Source: a virus
Lineage: Duplodnaviria; Caudoviricetes
Reading direction: 5' to 3' (one strand)
Virus record (IMG/VR): IMGVR_UViG_3300028833_005986
Location: 32,001 to 96,000 of that record
DNA: 64,000 bases
In this document: one piece after another, positions 44,702-56,142 of the stretch
Layout: every line of letters starts with the position of its first letter
Position numbering within the stretch: the first letter of the stretch is position 1
Made by a program: the position numbers and the translations under genes
Notes under the pieces: generated by a model
Databases searched by the model: none
What the model was told of the DNA's origin: nothing
Seen by the model: only the letters and a program-made list of their open reading frames with translations

Positions 44702-45276
44702 GTGGAAAACTGCCTTCTACTTTTAGCATGTCTATTATTTTCTTTTGCAGGTAATTTAATTCAACAAATTTATAATAATAAAGTATATTCATCTATTCAA
44801 TCAATGCTATATCATGCATTAGTATCATCCGCGGCTGGATTTATTTTTTCCTTAATATTAAGTGAATTTATATTAAATCCATTATTATTAATTTTTTTAT
44901 CTGGCGTTGGCGGATTTTTAGGCATAACTTATAGAGTGTCTAATAATTAATTTAATTTATTAAAATAATTTTTATAAAATTGATTAATATTATATTAATA
45001 TATGATATTAATATAATTAACGACTAATTATATAAAAAGTAGATTTTATTGAAAAAATATAATGTAATTATATAGTCTTATACTTATATGAATAATATAA
45101 GCAAATATATTAATCAAGGATTAACATTTATTTTACAGCATAAATTTAATATTGAACTTAACGATTTATTACACAAAAACAATACACAGTATATGTTAAT
45201 ATATAATAATAGCATATTAAAAATATTACAGCAACCACATAAACATATACATTTACAAATTATAAAAAAAGAATAA
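44702..45276 (+). CDS. holin-like membrane protein, spliced (exon 44702-44925 + exon from 45102 or 45120)
   Basis: Three hydrophobic segments, LSGVGGFLG motif; both candidate 3' sites join GGC AT| in frame with 45088..45276. Confidence 0.65.
44926..45119 (+). ncRNA. group I-like intron, 176 or 194 nt (3' end G45101 or G45119)
   Basis: P1 TTAGGCAT/GTGTCTAA (U.G); R TAACGACTA, S TATAGTCT. Confidence 0.82.
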
Positions 45277-45300
45277 TATAAATAAATATATTATTCTTTT

Positions 45301-45576
45301 TTATTTAAATCGCATATTATTTAATATAATTTCATTAACATTTGTTAAGTTATCATTATTAACAACAAAATAAATATCATTACCCCAAACTTTAAATATA
45401 GAGTTGCAATTAGGACATATTTTAAATCCAGAGTCTTTTTCTAAATGATATAATGATTTACATATTGGACATTTATTAGCTCTAACTTCTGCTGCATCTA
45501 ATAGCTTCATTTTTTCCATAGGATTAGTTGCAAAACAAGCTTCACAAGTTATATTTTTTAATAAATCTGCATTCAT
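45301..45576 (-). CDS. small zinc-ribbon protein
   Basis: CPIC...CPNC. Confidence 0.7.
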   Translation of the reverse strand: MNADLLKNITCEACFATNPMEKMKLLDAAEVRANKCPICKSLYHLEKDSGFKICPNCNSIFKVWGNDIYFVVNNDNLTNVNEIILNNMRFK

Positions 45577-45649
45577 ATAAAGCTATCTCTCTAATTATAT
45601 TTTTTCTTGATTATACAAAACTATCAATTATATTGACGTATATAATTGA

Positions 45650-47888
45650 TTATATATAATTATCAATTATATTACCAATATAATAATAATTATTATAATT
45701 TAATAAATAATTTTCACTATATGTATTTTCACGATCAATTGTTGTTTTAAAATCGTTTATATATGTTTCAATGTCATCTATACCATTTATACCTTTCATT
45801 GATTTTTTAATATCATCAATCTGAGATTGTGCTTTATGCTGCTGATAATTAATAAATTTATATTCACTAATCTCATTAACTTGATGTATACGTTTATATT
45901 TATTCTGATAATTTTTAAAATATCTTCTCATCTTAAAAATTCATACCAATTAAGCTCTCTACTTCTCAATATATTAATCACTTAATATATCTAAAATCAA
46001 ATCAATCTACACTTCACAGTATATTCTAAAATCAATTCAATATATACTTATCCTTTATATATATCATAATCAATTTCATATTGATTCTTGAGCTTTAATT
46101 CGTATTGGCGCTACCAGCGCACCTCTACAGTATAAAGTAGATATATCTTCATATAAATTATGTATATCTCGACTTTCTATTAAGTCTTCATAAGATATCT
46201 TTCTACTTACGACCTTACATTTATTTTTATTTAACTGTTTTATTTTTTCATATTCTTTATTTAATAAATATTTCTTTAATATATTCAAAGCACCATTCAT
46301 ATCTGCATTGATTAATATACCATTCTTGGACTTATAAAGTCCTCTCTTCACTCTCTTACCTGTAAAGAGCTTCTTTCTTAATTCTACTTTATTATCTATT
46401 GTTCTTAATACATATCCTAATTTTTCATCTTTCTTATATGATAACATATAATCATTATCTAAAAAAGATGCTTTAGATGTAAATGATTCTTCTTGAAGAA
46501 CAAATTTTATATTATTCATTTTGCATCTATATTCTAAATTATCTTTTATTTTACTAAATGGTATACTAGTAAAAAATTGATTATTTTTTCTACCTAAATT
46601 AGTTTTTCTTTGAAAATCACTATTCCAACCTAATACAATAGTTTTTATATTATTAGCTAAGCAATAATCTATAAGTTTTTTACAGGTCTTATGAATATAA
46701 TAATTAATTTTATTATTTCGCTTCTTTAATATATTATACATCTTTTTTGTGTATCTTAATTTCTTATTAGTATTTAATTTTTGTAATTTACTAATAATTC
46801 TATTATATCCTTGATTTATAGATTTTAATTCTTTACCATCTAATATAAAACTATTAATTTTTTTATTAGAATTATGATTATAACTAATACAAGTAAATAA
46901 ATTATTAATACCTAAATCAATAGCTAAATAATTATTATTAACTTGTATATTATCATTAATTTCTATTTCATATGTATAATGAATTTCGAATATTTTACCT
47001 TTATATTTAGGAATAACTTGAATATATTTTATTTTTTTATCTTTTAATATAGCAGGTATTTTTATTCTAAATCTATCTTTACTTTGCGAAGTTAAGTTAT
47101 ATTCTTTTAATATTTGATAACTTAAAGGAATAATCCATTCGTTATTACTATTAATATGAATTTTATGCGTAGGTAATATAAAATAATCATTTTTATCTAA
47201 ATATTTAGGAATATTGCATTTTAATTTTTTTTGTTTTAAAGCGAAGAAAGATTTAAAATTTTCATCTATTATATGTAAAATATTATTACTACAATTAGCT
47301 TCTAATAATTTATAATTGATATTATTTTTAATATTATGATAATTATTATTATAATTTAAATATTTATTAGTATTAAAGAAATATTGTCTAATATTATATA
47401 AAGCAGAATTATATAAATTTTTACTATATTTACACAATTTTTTGAATAATATATATAATTGTTTATATTTATATTTACTAACTTGTTGTTTAACAGTTAA
47501 ATAAAATTTTTCTTTTTTATTGATATTTTTTTTAAGATTTCTACTAATAATAATCAACTACCTTTTAATATTAATATAATAATATAAATAGATAATGATT
47601 ATTAAAAAGTAATAGGATTAGATATTTTAAAATCTATTATACTTTAATATTTAATTAAAGCATAGATTATATCATTAATATATAAGATATAAGATATATA
47701 ATTAATGATTCTATAATAATATACAATATTAATCGTTAGATAGCTATATATTGATATAATATATAGCTATTATTGATCTATTATGAGATTATAAATATTC
47801 CAATAAATAATTAAATTATTAAACCATTATTAGGTTCAGGCATATTAAATAATAACCATGAAGTATCTGTTATATACATATTCATCAT
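45650..47888 (-). CDS. small tail-fibre-associated protein, spliced from exons 47888-47823 and 45904-45650 (106 aa)
   Basis: AGGAGG RBS; MMNMYITDTSWLLFNMPEPNNG|NKYKRIHQVNE in frame. Confidence 0.7.
45905..47822 (-). mobile_element. IStron-like element 2: group I intron core + tnpB + right end/omegaRNA
   Basis: Same architecture and termini as 38035-39934. Confidence 0.87.
46076..47557 (-). CDS. tnpB: IS607-type TnpB RNA-guided nuclease
   Basis: AIDLG, VLGWN, QEESFTSKASFLD, INADMNG; no C4 zinc finger. Confidence 0.92.
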   Translation of the reverse strand: MIIISRNLKKNINKKEKFYLTVKQQVSKYKYKQLYILFKKLCKYSKNLYNSALYNIRQYFFNTNKYLNYNNNYHNIKNNINYKLLEANCSNNILHIIDENFKSFFALKQKKLKCNIPKYLDKNDYFILPTHKIHINSNNEWIIPLSYQILKEYNLTSQSKDRFRIKIPAILKDKKIKYIQVIPKYKGKIFEIHYTYEIEINDNIQVNNNYLAIDLGINNLFTCISYNHNSNKKINSFILDGKELKSINQGYNRIISKLQKLNTNKKLRYTKKMYNILKKRNNKINYYIHKTCKKLIDYCLANNIKTIVLGWNSDFQRKTNLGRKNNQFFTSIPFSKIKDNLEYRCKMNNIKFVLQEESFTSKASFLDNDYMLSYKKDEKLGYVLRTIDNKVELRKKLFTGKRVKRGLYKSKNGILINADMNGALNILKKYLLNKEYEKIKQLNKNKCKVVSRKISYEDLIESRDIHNLYEDISTLYCRGALVAPIRIKAQESI

Positions 47889-47919
47889 AATACGCCTCCT
47901 TTAAAAAATATTTTTATAA

Positions 47920-50900
47920 TTATGCTTTATAAATGCGATATCTAATAGTAAAAGTATCTGATGGTGTTTCTTTTGCATATAAATAAAAGCATCCCGATGC
48001 TGAAACTGTAAAGTCTGCTAATCCTGCTGCACGAGCTATATTTGTATTACTTGCTAATTCTACTTCAACTACATCATTAGCTGTTAAATTACTAACATTT
48101 ATTTGATATCGCCGTGCATATGATATATTATTAATAGTAGTTGCGGTGGTATACCAAGCACCAGCAGTTGTAGAACTGGTAGTAGTTGTTTTTGCAATAG
48201 TTACTGCCGAAGCATATGTATATTTAGTCATATAAGTAGTATCAATTCGCTGTCCTTTAATATCTTGCAGTGCTTGTAAAGCATTAATACCCATAGGTTG
48301 GAATTCGCCATTTACGTACTGCCAATATTGATTATATAAAAGATTTATATTCATTTGATATGTAGAATATGATCTACCAACATATAAATAGGTATATCCG
48401 TCTTCACTAGTAGGAGCTGTAGTAGTTAAAATATCAGAATGTACAGTAAAAGTATTACCAGATAAAGTACCTTTTAAATATACTGGTTTCTTTTCTGCAA
48501 ATGTTCTTGATGCATTATCAACTATTGTTTGCATATTAGCACCAATACTAATCCAATACAAACTTGTACTCAATGCAGCTGCATCAGCCACCGTTGATCC
48601 ATTAAATAATACTGGATGTCGAATATCAAAAGTATCTCCTGCATTAAGTTCTTTATATGCTATGCCATCAGTTGTACCTACAAATCTTGCAGCAGCAATA
48701 GCACCATCAGCAGTTGCTACTGGATTCGCTATTCTTATTCTATCATAATAGTTGGCATCATAATCAGCAAGTACAAACCAATAAGTACCATTATAAATTA
48801 ATGGAACATAATAATTCGCACTATATTGTGTTGTTAATCGAGTTGTAGAGTATCTATAAATTGCTTTTGCGCCTGTTGTACTTCCACCTGAAAGTGTAAG
48901 ATTTAATGTAGCATTACCAGAACTCGAATATGGTAATTTATAAATAATCATTTTACCAGTATATAGAGCAGCATCTTTTGTTACGCCAGTCCAAGCACCT
49001 GTAACTGCTGTTTGAGTACCTACAATATATTCTATAGTGTGTTCACTAATCTTTTTACCATTAGAATCATTAGTAGCTGTAGCAGCTGTTCCGCTAATAT
49101 TAATCCCCCAAGTACCTGAAGCATCTCCACCTGTTCTACTAGGAACTGATAAAGTTGTTCGCATTGCTGCTACATCTGCATCATCTAATAACGTTCTTGC
49201 TATAGCTGTTAATGGTGTAGTTGCATATGTATTAGAAGCAGTTGTATAAATCATTTGATTTGCAGAAGTAGCTAACCCACTAATAGAAGTTAAAGCTGCA
49301 TGAGCACTTTGTTTAGTAGTAATAGCATTATTTAATGTAGTATATACACTAGCATCTTTATTAATAGCATTAGCAATTTCTTCCAAAGTATCTAATGTAC
49401 CAGGTGCCGCACCAATTAAATTATTAATAGCATTATCGACAAAAGCTGTAGTAGCTACTTGTGTAGTCTTAGTGCCTAATGGAGCTGTTGAAGCTGTTAC
49501 CGTTCCTGTAAATGCAGCACCAGCCAGTTTAGCATAAGTAGTATTAATTGGTTTATTATCGCTGTCATTAGTTGCTTTTGTTGCAGAATCAGCATTACCT
49601 GTTAAATTAGCTTTAATTGTCGCAGGCAATTTAAGAATAATATTAGAAGATCCATCAAAACTAGTAACAGCACCTGTATTAGCAGCAGTAGAATCTTGAA
49701 TACTAATAGATTTTGCAACAGCTAATTTAGTAGCAGTATCAGCATTGCCGTCTAAACTTGCTTTTATAGTCGCTGGTAATCTTATATTTAATACAGAAGT
49801 ATTACTTCCATCAAAACTAATAGCCGTACCAGTATTCGCTCCAGAACTATCTTGAATATTAATAGATCTTGCTGTAGCTAATTTAGTAGCTGTAGTTGCA
49901 TTACCAGTTATACTACCAGTAAAAGATTGTGCAATTACTCCCGCAGGAAATGTAACGTTATTATTTATATCCCAAGTATAGAATCTGTTATGACTAACTA
50001 TATTGTGATCAGAAAACCACCAGTTACCACCATAAAAACGAATATCATTTAATGATGGCGAACCATAACTAGCATTTACTGTTGTTTGTTTAAAAGTCAT
50101 ACGCAATGCATACATATTTCCTGATTGCGAAGCAGATTGATTAAAACCTTGTACTTGATTGAAATAAATTATATTATTTCCTGACCATCCGCTTAATGGC
50201 TTCTCAGTAAATAAATTAATCCAAGTATCAGTATCTTTATCTGCAAATTTTTGCCAATCAAGCGTTACATTCCAATTATTACCATTAGTGGAGCCCCAAA
50301 TATATAAAGCATTTACACTAACATATCTACCTGAAGGCATAATAGTAATACGTAGCTGATTATTAAGACTATTATCTGCTTTTACAGATGCTTTACCTAA
50401 GAACATGTTAGTAGTACGTAATTCCATAAAGATAGCCTTTTTTTGATCATCAGTTAAACCATAATCAATCCATGTTTTGCCGCCATCGCGTGAATATTCT
50501 ACAATAGTTGTCGCGCCACTAATACCAAATGTTTTATTAGATGCCCATGCTCCTACGCGATTACCAGTAATCCAGTCTAAATTACCTGCTATACTTTCTG
50601 TTGTGGTATTAATTGATGATGGAGTAATATTACCAGATATATTAGTCGCTTGAATATTAGTGGCTGATAGTGTAGATGTAGCGGGATTAACTTTTACTCC
50701 AGAGCCAAAAATTGCTGTATTCGCACCACGATTTGTTGATGCATTTTCTGTAGATACTAATAATACTGGGTATGTTGCATCCGCAGTAGATACATTTTGC
50801 GTCATTAGTGTATCAGTATTAGTATCGCCGTATAATGTAGTAGTTGTACCATTTATAGTAATTTTACCTACTTCAGTACCAGAAGTCTTTGTTTGTGTAA

Positions 50901-53900
50901 AACTAACAGCATCTGCAGAAGCAGTAATACCATCTAATTTAGATTTATCTGCGGCAGACATTAATCCAGCAATACTAGTTGTTGCTTCATGCTCAGTACC
51001 AGTAGAATTAATAGTAATTACACCATTAGAAGCCGTAACTGTAGTAGAACCAGTACCTTTAATATTAATGGCATTTCGTACAGTAGAATCATCAATAACA
51101 TTTAAATGCACATTACCATTAGTAGCAACTGCATTAGCTGTTCCGTTATTAGCACTAGCTGCTACTAAATGTGTGGTATAATGCGTATTAGTATCTGTAG
51201 TTGGAGGCGTATAGCCTAATGCAGTGGTAACATTATCTTTAGTTAGACTAATCGTACCTGAAGAATTAGTAATATTACTACCTATTTTAACTAATCCTAA
51301 ATTACTACCAGACGCAGCAGAATATGTCGTATCTTGTGTAGTAATAGTACCAGTATCTCCATCACCTTTAGTATAAGTGATAGTCTTACCAGATACAGAT
51401 AAGTCTTTAATATAAGTATCAACGATATCTTGATTTTTACTATCTTTAGTAGCAGAAGTAGCCGCACCTGATAAGTTACCTGTAAAAGTAGTAGCTGTTA
51501 CTTTAGTTGCTAATAATTCACCAGTTGATGGATTGATTTTTATATCTTTACCAAATTGTGCAGCATTAGCCGAAATATTACTTGTCGCATTAGCTGTAGC
51601 CGCAATTAATACTGGATATGTTGAATTTACAGTAGAAATATTTTGTGCGACTTTAGCATCCGTATTTGCTGCGGCAGCTGCAGCTTTAGCAAAAGCTGTT
51701 GTAGCAATTTGTGTATCATTAGTAGCGATTGCCGCTGTAGGAGCAGTTGGCGTTCCAGTTAATTCAGGCGATGCTAATGGTGCATAAGTAGTATTAATTT
51801 GATTACCGACAGAATCACTAGTCGCTTTTGTGGCTAGACCACTGAAATTTTTAGCCGTAATAGTACCTGCCGACGGATTAATAGTAATTGCAGAATTAAA
51901 ATAAGTACCACTAGTAGTATCTGTTACCGCGGTGCTATTTTTAAATAATACTGGATATGCAGAATTAACAATTGATATAGCAGTTTGTGTTACATTTTGA
52001 TCCTCAGTAGTAATAGTTCCGGTAGTATTATTACCTTTAGTATATGTAATAGTTTTACCTGAAATTGCTAGGCCTACAATAGCATTAGCTTTAGCTACAT
52101 AAGTATCGGCGATATTATGCCCACCACTATCATTTGTTGCATTAGTTGCAGAAGTCGCATTACCAGATAAATTACCAGAAAAAGTAGTAGCATATAAAGT
52201 GCCAGTAGATGGATTAATTTTAATAGTTTTACCAAAAATTGCAGCTTTTGCACCTTGATCTGTTGTAGCATTAGGTGTAGAAGTAGCTAATATTGGATAT
52301 GTAGAATTAGTAGTAGATACACTTTGTGTTACAAATGTATTTGTATCAGGTGTAGTAATAGTACCTGTAGTTCCATTACCTTTAGTATAAGTAATAGTCT
52401 GTCCAGAAATAGCTAATCCTGTAATAGCATTAGCTTTAGTTTCATAAGTAGTAGCAATATTATGTCCTGCACTATCTTCAATAGCTGCATCTGCAGTGCC
52501 TTCTAAATCGCCAACAAATTTAGATGCAATAATACTTTTATTGTTTGGATTAATTTTAATATCTTTACTAAAAATTGCAGTTGTAGTTGCATTAGTACTT
52601 GCATTTACTACTGACGATGCTAATAATGGATAAGTAGAATTAGTAGTCGAAACGCTTTGTTGCATTTTTTCATCTTTAGTAGTTAAAGTGCCAGTTGTAT
52701 TATCTCCGCGTTTAAAAGTTAATGTCTGATTTGATAGAGTTAAATCAACAATTCCTTCAGTCTTTTTAACATAAGTCGTGTTAATCGGTTTATCATCACT
52801 ATCGTTTGTCGCTTTTGTAGCAGCTGTGGCAGTAGAAGCATTACCGTTTAAAGTAGCTTTAATAGTAGAAGGTAATTTAATATATAATGTAGAAGTATTG
52901 CTACCATCAAATTTAATTTCTGTACCAATATTAGTACCATCAGCATCACTAATATTAATAGATCTCTTATTAGCTAATTTAGTTGCAGTAGAAGCATTAC
53001 CTTCAATAGTAGCTGTAATCGTACCAGGTAATTTAATGGTACCAGCTGAAGACCCATTAAAATTAAATGCAGTACCAGTATGTGATCCGTCACTATCACT
53101 TATATTTATATTTCTTCCTGTTTCTAAAGTAGTAGCAGTAGCAGCATTACCGGTACATTTTGCTGCAGTATCTGCCGTAGTTGCTGATGCTGCTTTTTCA
53201 CTTTTACCTAAAGCATCAATAGTTGTACGCATATCAGAAGCTGTAGCATCATCTAATAAATTCCTTGCTAATGCAGTTAATGGCGCAGTTTTATATGTAT
53301 TAGAAGCTGTCGTATAAATCATTTGATTTGCAGACGTAGTTAAATTACTTATAGAAGTTAATGCTGCATGGGCTGATTGTTTTGTAGTAATTGCATTATT
53401 TAATGTATTATATACATCTTGATCATTATTGATTGCATCTGCTAATTCTTTTAATGTATCTAATTCTGCTGGAGCTGCTCCAATTAAATTTTTAATAGCA
53501 TTATCTACAAAAGCTGTAGTAGCTACTTGTGTAGTCTTAGTACCCAATGTAGCTGTAGGAGCAGTTGGTGTTCCAGTTAATTCTGGTGAAGCTAATGGTG
53601 CATAAGTAGTATTAATTTGATTACCAGAAGAATCATTAGTAGCATTAGTAGCAGTATCAGCATTACCTGTTAAATTAGCTTTTATAGTACTAGGTAATTT
53701 AATAGTACCATTTGTCGATCCGTCAAACTCAATAGCAGTACCGGCATTAGTATTATCAGCATCACTAATATTAATAGATCTTTTATTAGTTAATTTAATA
53801 GCTTTATCTGCTGTACCAGTTAAATCAGCTTTTATAGTACCAGGTAATGCAATAGTTACTGCTTGACTACCATTAAAACTAGTACCTGCTCCAATATTTG

Positions 53901-54777
53901 TTGCATCCGCATCACTTATTTTTAAAGTACGAGAATTTTTTAATGTAGTGGCAGTAGCGGCATTACCAGTAGTATCTATACTAGCTGTACCACTTAATTT
54001 AGTAGCATCTAATGACGTAACAGGAATAGTAATATCTAAAGTACCATTAAATTCTGTAGCTGTACCAGTAGCGGCGCCAGAAAGTGCTATTGTTTTTTTA
54101 TTAGCTAATTTTGTAGCTGAATCTGCATTACCAGTTAAATCAGCTTTAATAGTAGCTGGTAATTTTAAAGTAACATCTGCAGAACCATTAAAAGTACTAG
54201 CAGTACCAGCATTTGTGCTATCATTATCATTAATAACAAAATTTCTAATATTCTTTAATACAGTGGCAGTAGAAGCATTACCATCAATTTCAGCTGTAAT
54301 GGTTTTTGGTAATGTAATAGTACCATTAGCAGAACCGTCAAAATTAATAGCTGTACCTGTATGCGTTTCGCTATTATCTTGAATATTAATAGACCTGCTA
54401 TTAGTTAATGTTGTAGCAGTAGTAGCGTTGCCAGTTAAATCAGCTTTAATAGTAGAAGGTAATTTAAGATTAATATTTGATCCGCCGTTAAAACTAGTAG
54501 CAACGCCTGTATTTGTTTTTGATGCGTCGCTAATAGTAATATCTCTACTAACACTTAAATTACTTGCAGCTGTAGCTGTACCATCTGCGGGAAGAAATGA
54601 ACCTACGATAGAATTATTATAAAATTCAGAAATTTTGCTATCAATTCGATTATCTGTAGCATTTGCAAAATCTGTTATTTGTGAACTTTCAGTTTCTGGA
54701 TGTAATACTTTATATATAGCTTTATTATTCAAATCGCGATCAGCAATTACATGTATTTTTCCTTTAATTTCTGCCAA
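47920..54777 (-). CDS. long tail fibre protein (2285 aa, repetitive)
   Basis: Many GNA.TA.KL...R.I.I.D...G..FDGS.N..I.LP.TI.A repeats; PTAPTA..T..TQ.ATTAF and LDTL.E.A.AI fibre motifs. Confidence 0.9.
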   Translation of the reverse strand: MAEIKGKIHVIADRDLNNKAIYKVLHPETESSQITDFANATDNRIDSKISEFYNNSIVGSFLPADGTATAASNLSVSRDITISDASKTNTGVATSFNGGSNINLKLPSTIKADLTGNATTATTLTNSRSINIQDNSETHTGTAINFDGSANGTITLPKTITAEIDGNASTATVLKNIRNFVINDNDSTNAGTASTFNGSADVTLKLPATIKADLTGNADSATKLANKKTIALSGAATGTATEFNGTLDITIPVTSLDATKLSGTASIDTTGNAATATTLKNSRTLKISDADATNIGAGTSFNGSQAVTIALPGTIKADLTGTADKAIKLTNKRSINISDADNTNAGTAIEFDGSTNGTIKLPSTIKANLTGNADTATNATNDSSGNQINTTYAPLASPELTGTPTAPTATLGTKTTQVATTAFVDNAIKNLIGAAPAELDTLKELADAINNDQDVYNTLNNAITTKQSAHAALTSISNLTTSANQMIYTTASNTYKTAPLTALARNLLDDATASDMRTTIDALGKSEKAASATTADTAAKCTGNAATATTLETGRNINISDSDGSHTGTAFNFNGSSAGTIKLPGTITATIEGNASTATKLANKRSINISDADGTNIGTEIKFDGSNTSTLYIKLPSTIKATLNGNASTATAATKATNDSDDKPINTTYVKKTEGIVDLTLSNQTLTFKRGDNTTGTLTTKDEKMQQSVSTTNSTYPLLASSVVNASTNATTTAIFSKDIKINPNNKSIIASKFVGDLEGTADAAIEDSAGHNIATTYETKANAITGLAISGQTITYTKGNGTTGTITTPDTNTFVTQSVSTTNSTYPILATSTPNATTDQGAKAAIFGKTIKINPSTGTLYATTFSGNLSGNATSATNATNDSGGHNIADTYVAKANAIVGLAISGKTITYTKGNNTTGTITTEDQNVTQTAISIVNSAYPVLFKNSTAVTDTTSGTYFNSAITINPSAGTITAKNFSGLATKATSDSVGNQINTTYAPLASPELTGTPTAPTAAIATNDTQIATTAFAKAAAAAANTDAKVAQNISTVNSTYPVLIAATANATSNISANAAQFGKDIKINPSTGELLATKVTATTFTGNLSGAATSATKDSKNQDIVDTYIKDLSVSGKTITYTKGDGDTGTITTQDTTYSAASGSNLGLVKIGSNITNSSGTISLTKDNVTTALGYTPPTTDTNTHYTTHLVAASANNGTANAVATNGNVHLNVIDDSTVRNAINIKGTGSTTVTASNGVITINSTGTEHEATTSIAGLMSAADKSKLDGITASADAVSFTQTKTSGTEVGKITINGTTTTLYGDTNTDTLMTQNVSTADATYPVLLVSTENASTNRGANTAIFGSGVKVNPATSTLSATNIQATNISGNITPSSINTTTESIAGNLDWITGNRVGAWASNKTFGISGATTIVEYSRDGGKTWIDYGLTDDQKKAIFMELRTTNMFLGKASVKADNSLNNQLRITIMPSGRYVSVNALYIWGSTNGNNWNVTLDWQKFADKDTDTWINLFTEKPLSGWSGNNIIYFNQVQGFNQSASQSGNMYALRMTFKQTTVNASYGSPSLNDIRFYGGNWWFSDHNIVSHNRFYTWDINNNVTFPAGVIAQSFTGSITGNATTATKLATARSINIQDSSGANTGTAISFDGSNTSVLNIRLPATIKASLDGNADTATKLAVAKSISIQDSTAANTGAVTSFDGSSNIILKLPATIKANLTGNADSATKATNDSDNKPINTTYAKLAGAAFTGTVTASTAPLGTKTTQVATTAFVDNAINNLIGAAPGTLDTLEEIANAINKDASVYTTLNNAITTKQSAHAALTSISGLATSANQMIYTTASNTYATTPLTAIARTLLDDADVAAMRTTLSVPSRTGGDASGTWGINISGTAATATNDSNGKKISEHTIEYIVGTQTAVTGAWTGVTKDAALYTGKMIIYKLPYSSSGNATLNLTLSGGSTTGAKAIYRYSTTRLTTQYSANYYVPLIYNGTYWFVLADYDANYYDRIRIANPVATADGAIAAARFVGTTDGIAYKELNAGDTFDIRHPVLFNGSTVADAAALSTSLYWISIGANMQTIVDNASRTFAEKKPVYLKGTLSGNTFTVHSDILTTTAPTSEDGYTYLYVGRSYSTYQMNINLLYNQYWQYVNGEFQPMGINALQALQDIKGQRIDTTYMTKYTYASAVTIAKTTTTSSTTAGAWYTTATTINNISYARRYQINVSNLTANDVVEVELASNTNIARAAGLADFTVSASGCFYLYAKETPSDTFTIRYRIYKA

Positions 54778-54914
54778 AATTCTATCACCTACGATTATGA
54801 TTGTAAAAAAAAATATATATTTTCTTTCATAAGAAAAATATATATTAGAATAAAATTATTTCAACTTATAAAATGCTTAATTCATATAATAATTAATAAG
54901 TGCATATAATTATA

Positions 54915-56142
54915 TTAATTTTTTTTATTTTTATAATATTCATTTTTTATTAACATAAATGAAACTAAAATAATCATTATAATAATAATTAAAATTATAA
55001 AAAATGCATTTATATGTAAACTATTTATAGGATTAGTAATAATATGATGTCTAAAAGTATTAATCTTAGTTATATCTCCTGAATATCTAGCTTGTAATTG
55101 CTGATATAAATTAAATGTTTGCACAACAATTATTTTATGATTTTGTACTTTATTGCCATATATATCAATATCGTCTACGCCAAAAATATCTCCGTTAGGT
55201 GTAATATAAGCTGGTGCGAGAAATTGAATATTTTTAAAAGCTTCTATTCCATATTGATTATATAATTGATGCAAATTTTCTATATCAATTTCTGGAGGAA
55301 TTACAACTCTATTAGGATCGTCACTCGGAAATTCCCAATAAATAAGTCCATCTTTCTGCGATAATAAAGCATTCACTGCGGCTTTAGTAAGCTTAATATT
55401 AGTTTGTTCTTTATAAATTTCACTCCATAAGAGTGGAAATTTTTCTATATTTTTTCTAGCGCGACGTGATTGATTTGCTAATACACCATATCTATTGCAA
55501 ATAAAAACATTATTATTATTATCATCTGCGTTAACGTTAAATAAATATACATCTTTGATAGTTTGTTGCATAATAACAAAATATCTAGGATTTAAATCTT
55601 TATTAGCATTATTATCCAATTCTTCTTGCAATACAGATAAATCTGAATATTGACTTTTAATATTAATAATTAAATTATCTGCTATTAATTTTGCTTGATT
55701 TTTTGCCGCCAAATGATCTTCATATATAATAGATTTAATAAAAGTCCACTCTAAATCATTAATATATTGTGTACGCAATTCTATATTCGAAAAATTCGTA
55801 ACATAATCATTATATATATATCCTATATATGCAGATAGAATAATGAATATTATAATTATACACATTGGCAACAATTTATATTTATTTATCTTAAACAAAT
55901 CATATGGTCTGTAAAATATTTTATTAAAAAATTAATAAAACTATTAATCAATTATTAATTTCTATAATTGCATAGACTATATATTTTTATAACAATAAAT
56001 TTCAATAAAAAATATTTACTATTATAGTCATTACTTATATGATAATTTTAAAATTATCATATAATATTGATAATTTTAAATTAATATACCAATAATCAAT
56101 ATATTTACTGAGGCTATATTAATACCTCCTACATAATTTCAT
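54915..56142 (-). CDS. membrane protein with two TM helices flanking an extracytoplasmic domain; 5' end interrupted by an intron
   Basis: Hydrophobic N- and C-terminal segments; candidate splice ATG AAA TTA TGT AGG AGG T|AT TTG TTT. Confidence 0.65.
55901..56123 (-). ncRNA. group I-like intron, ~215-223 nt (3' end G55901 or G55909)
   Basis: P1 GAGGT/GCCTC (U.G); R TAATGACTA, S ATATAGTCT. Confidence 0.78.

Noticed and set aside
45905-45931. ATG start of ORF 45650..45931, and similar starts at 24395, 36147, 40987, 41796, 45088, 59780
   Set aside because: These lie in intron 3' ends or internal exons; they are not true gene starts under the splicing model.
48616-54832. Plus-strand ORFs inside the tail fibre gene (and 2276, 4206, 8324, 24845, 34416, 34952, 43853)
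   Set aside because: Antisense shadows of long coding genes; no RBS or motifs.
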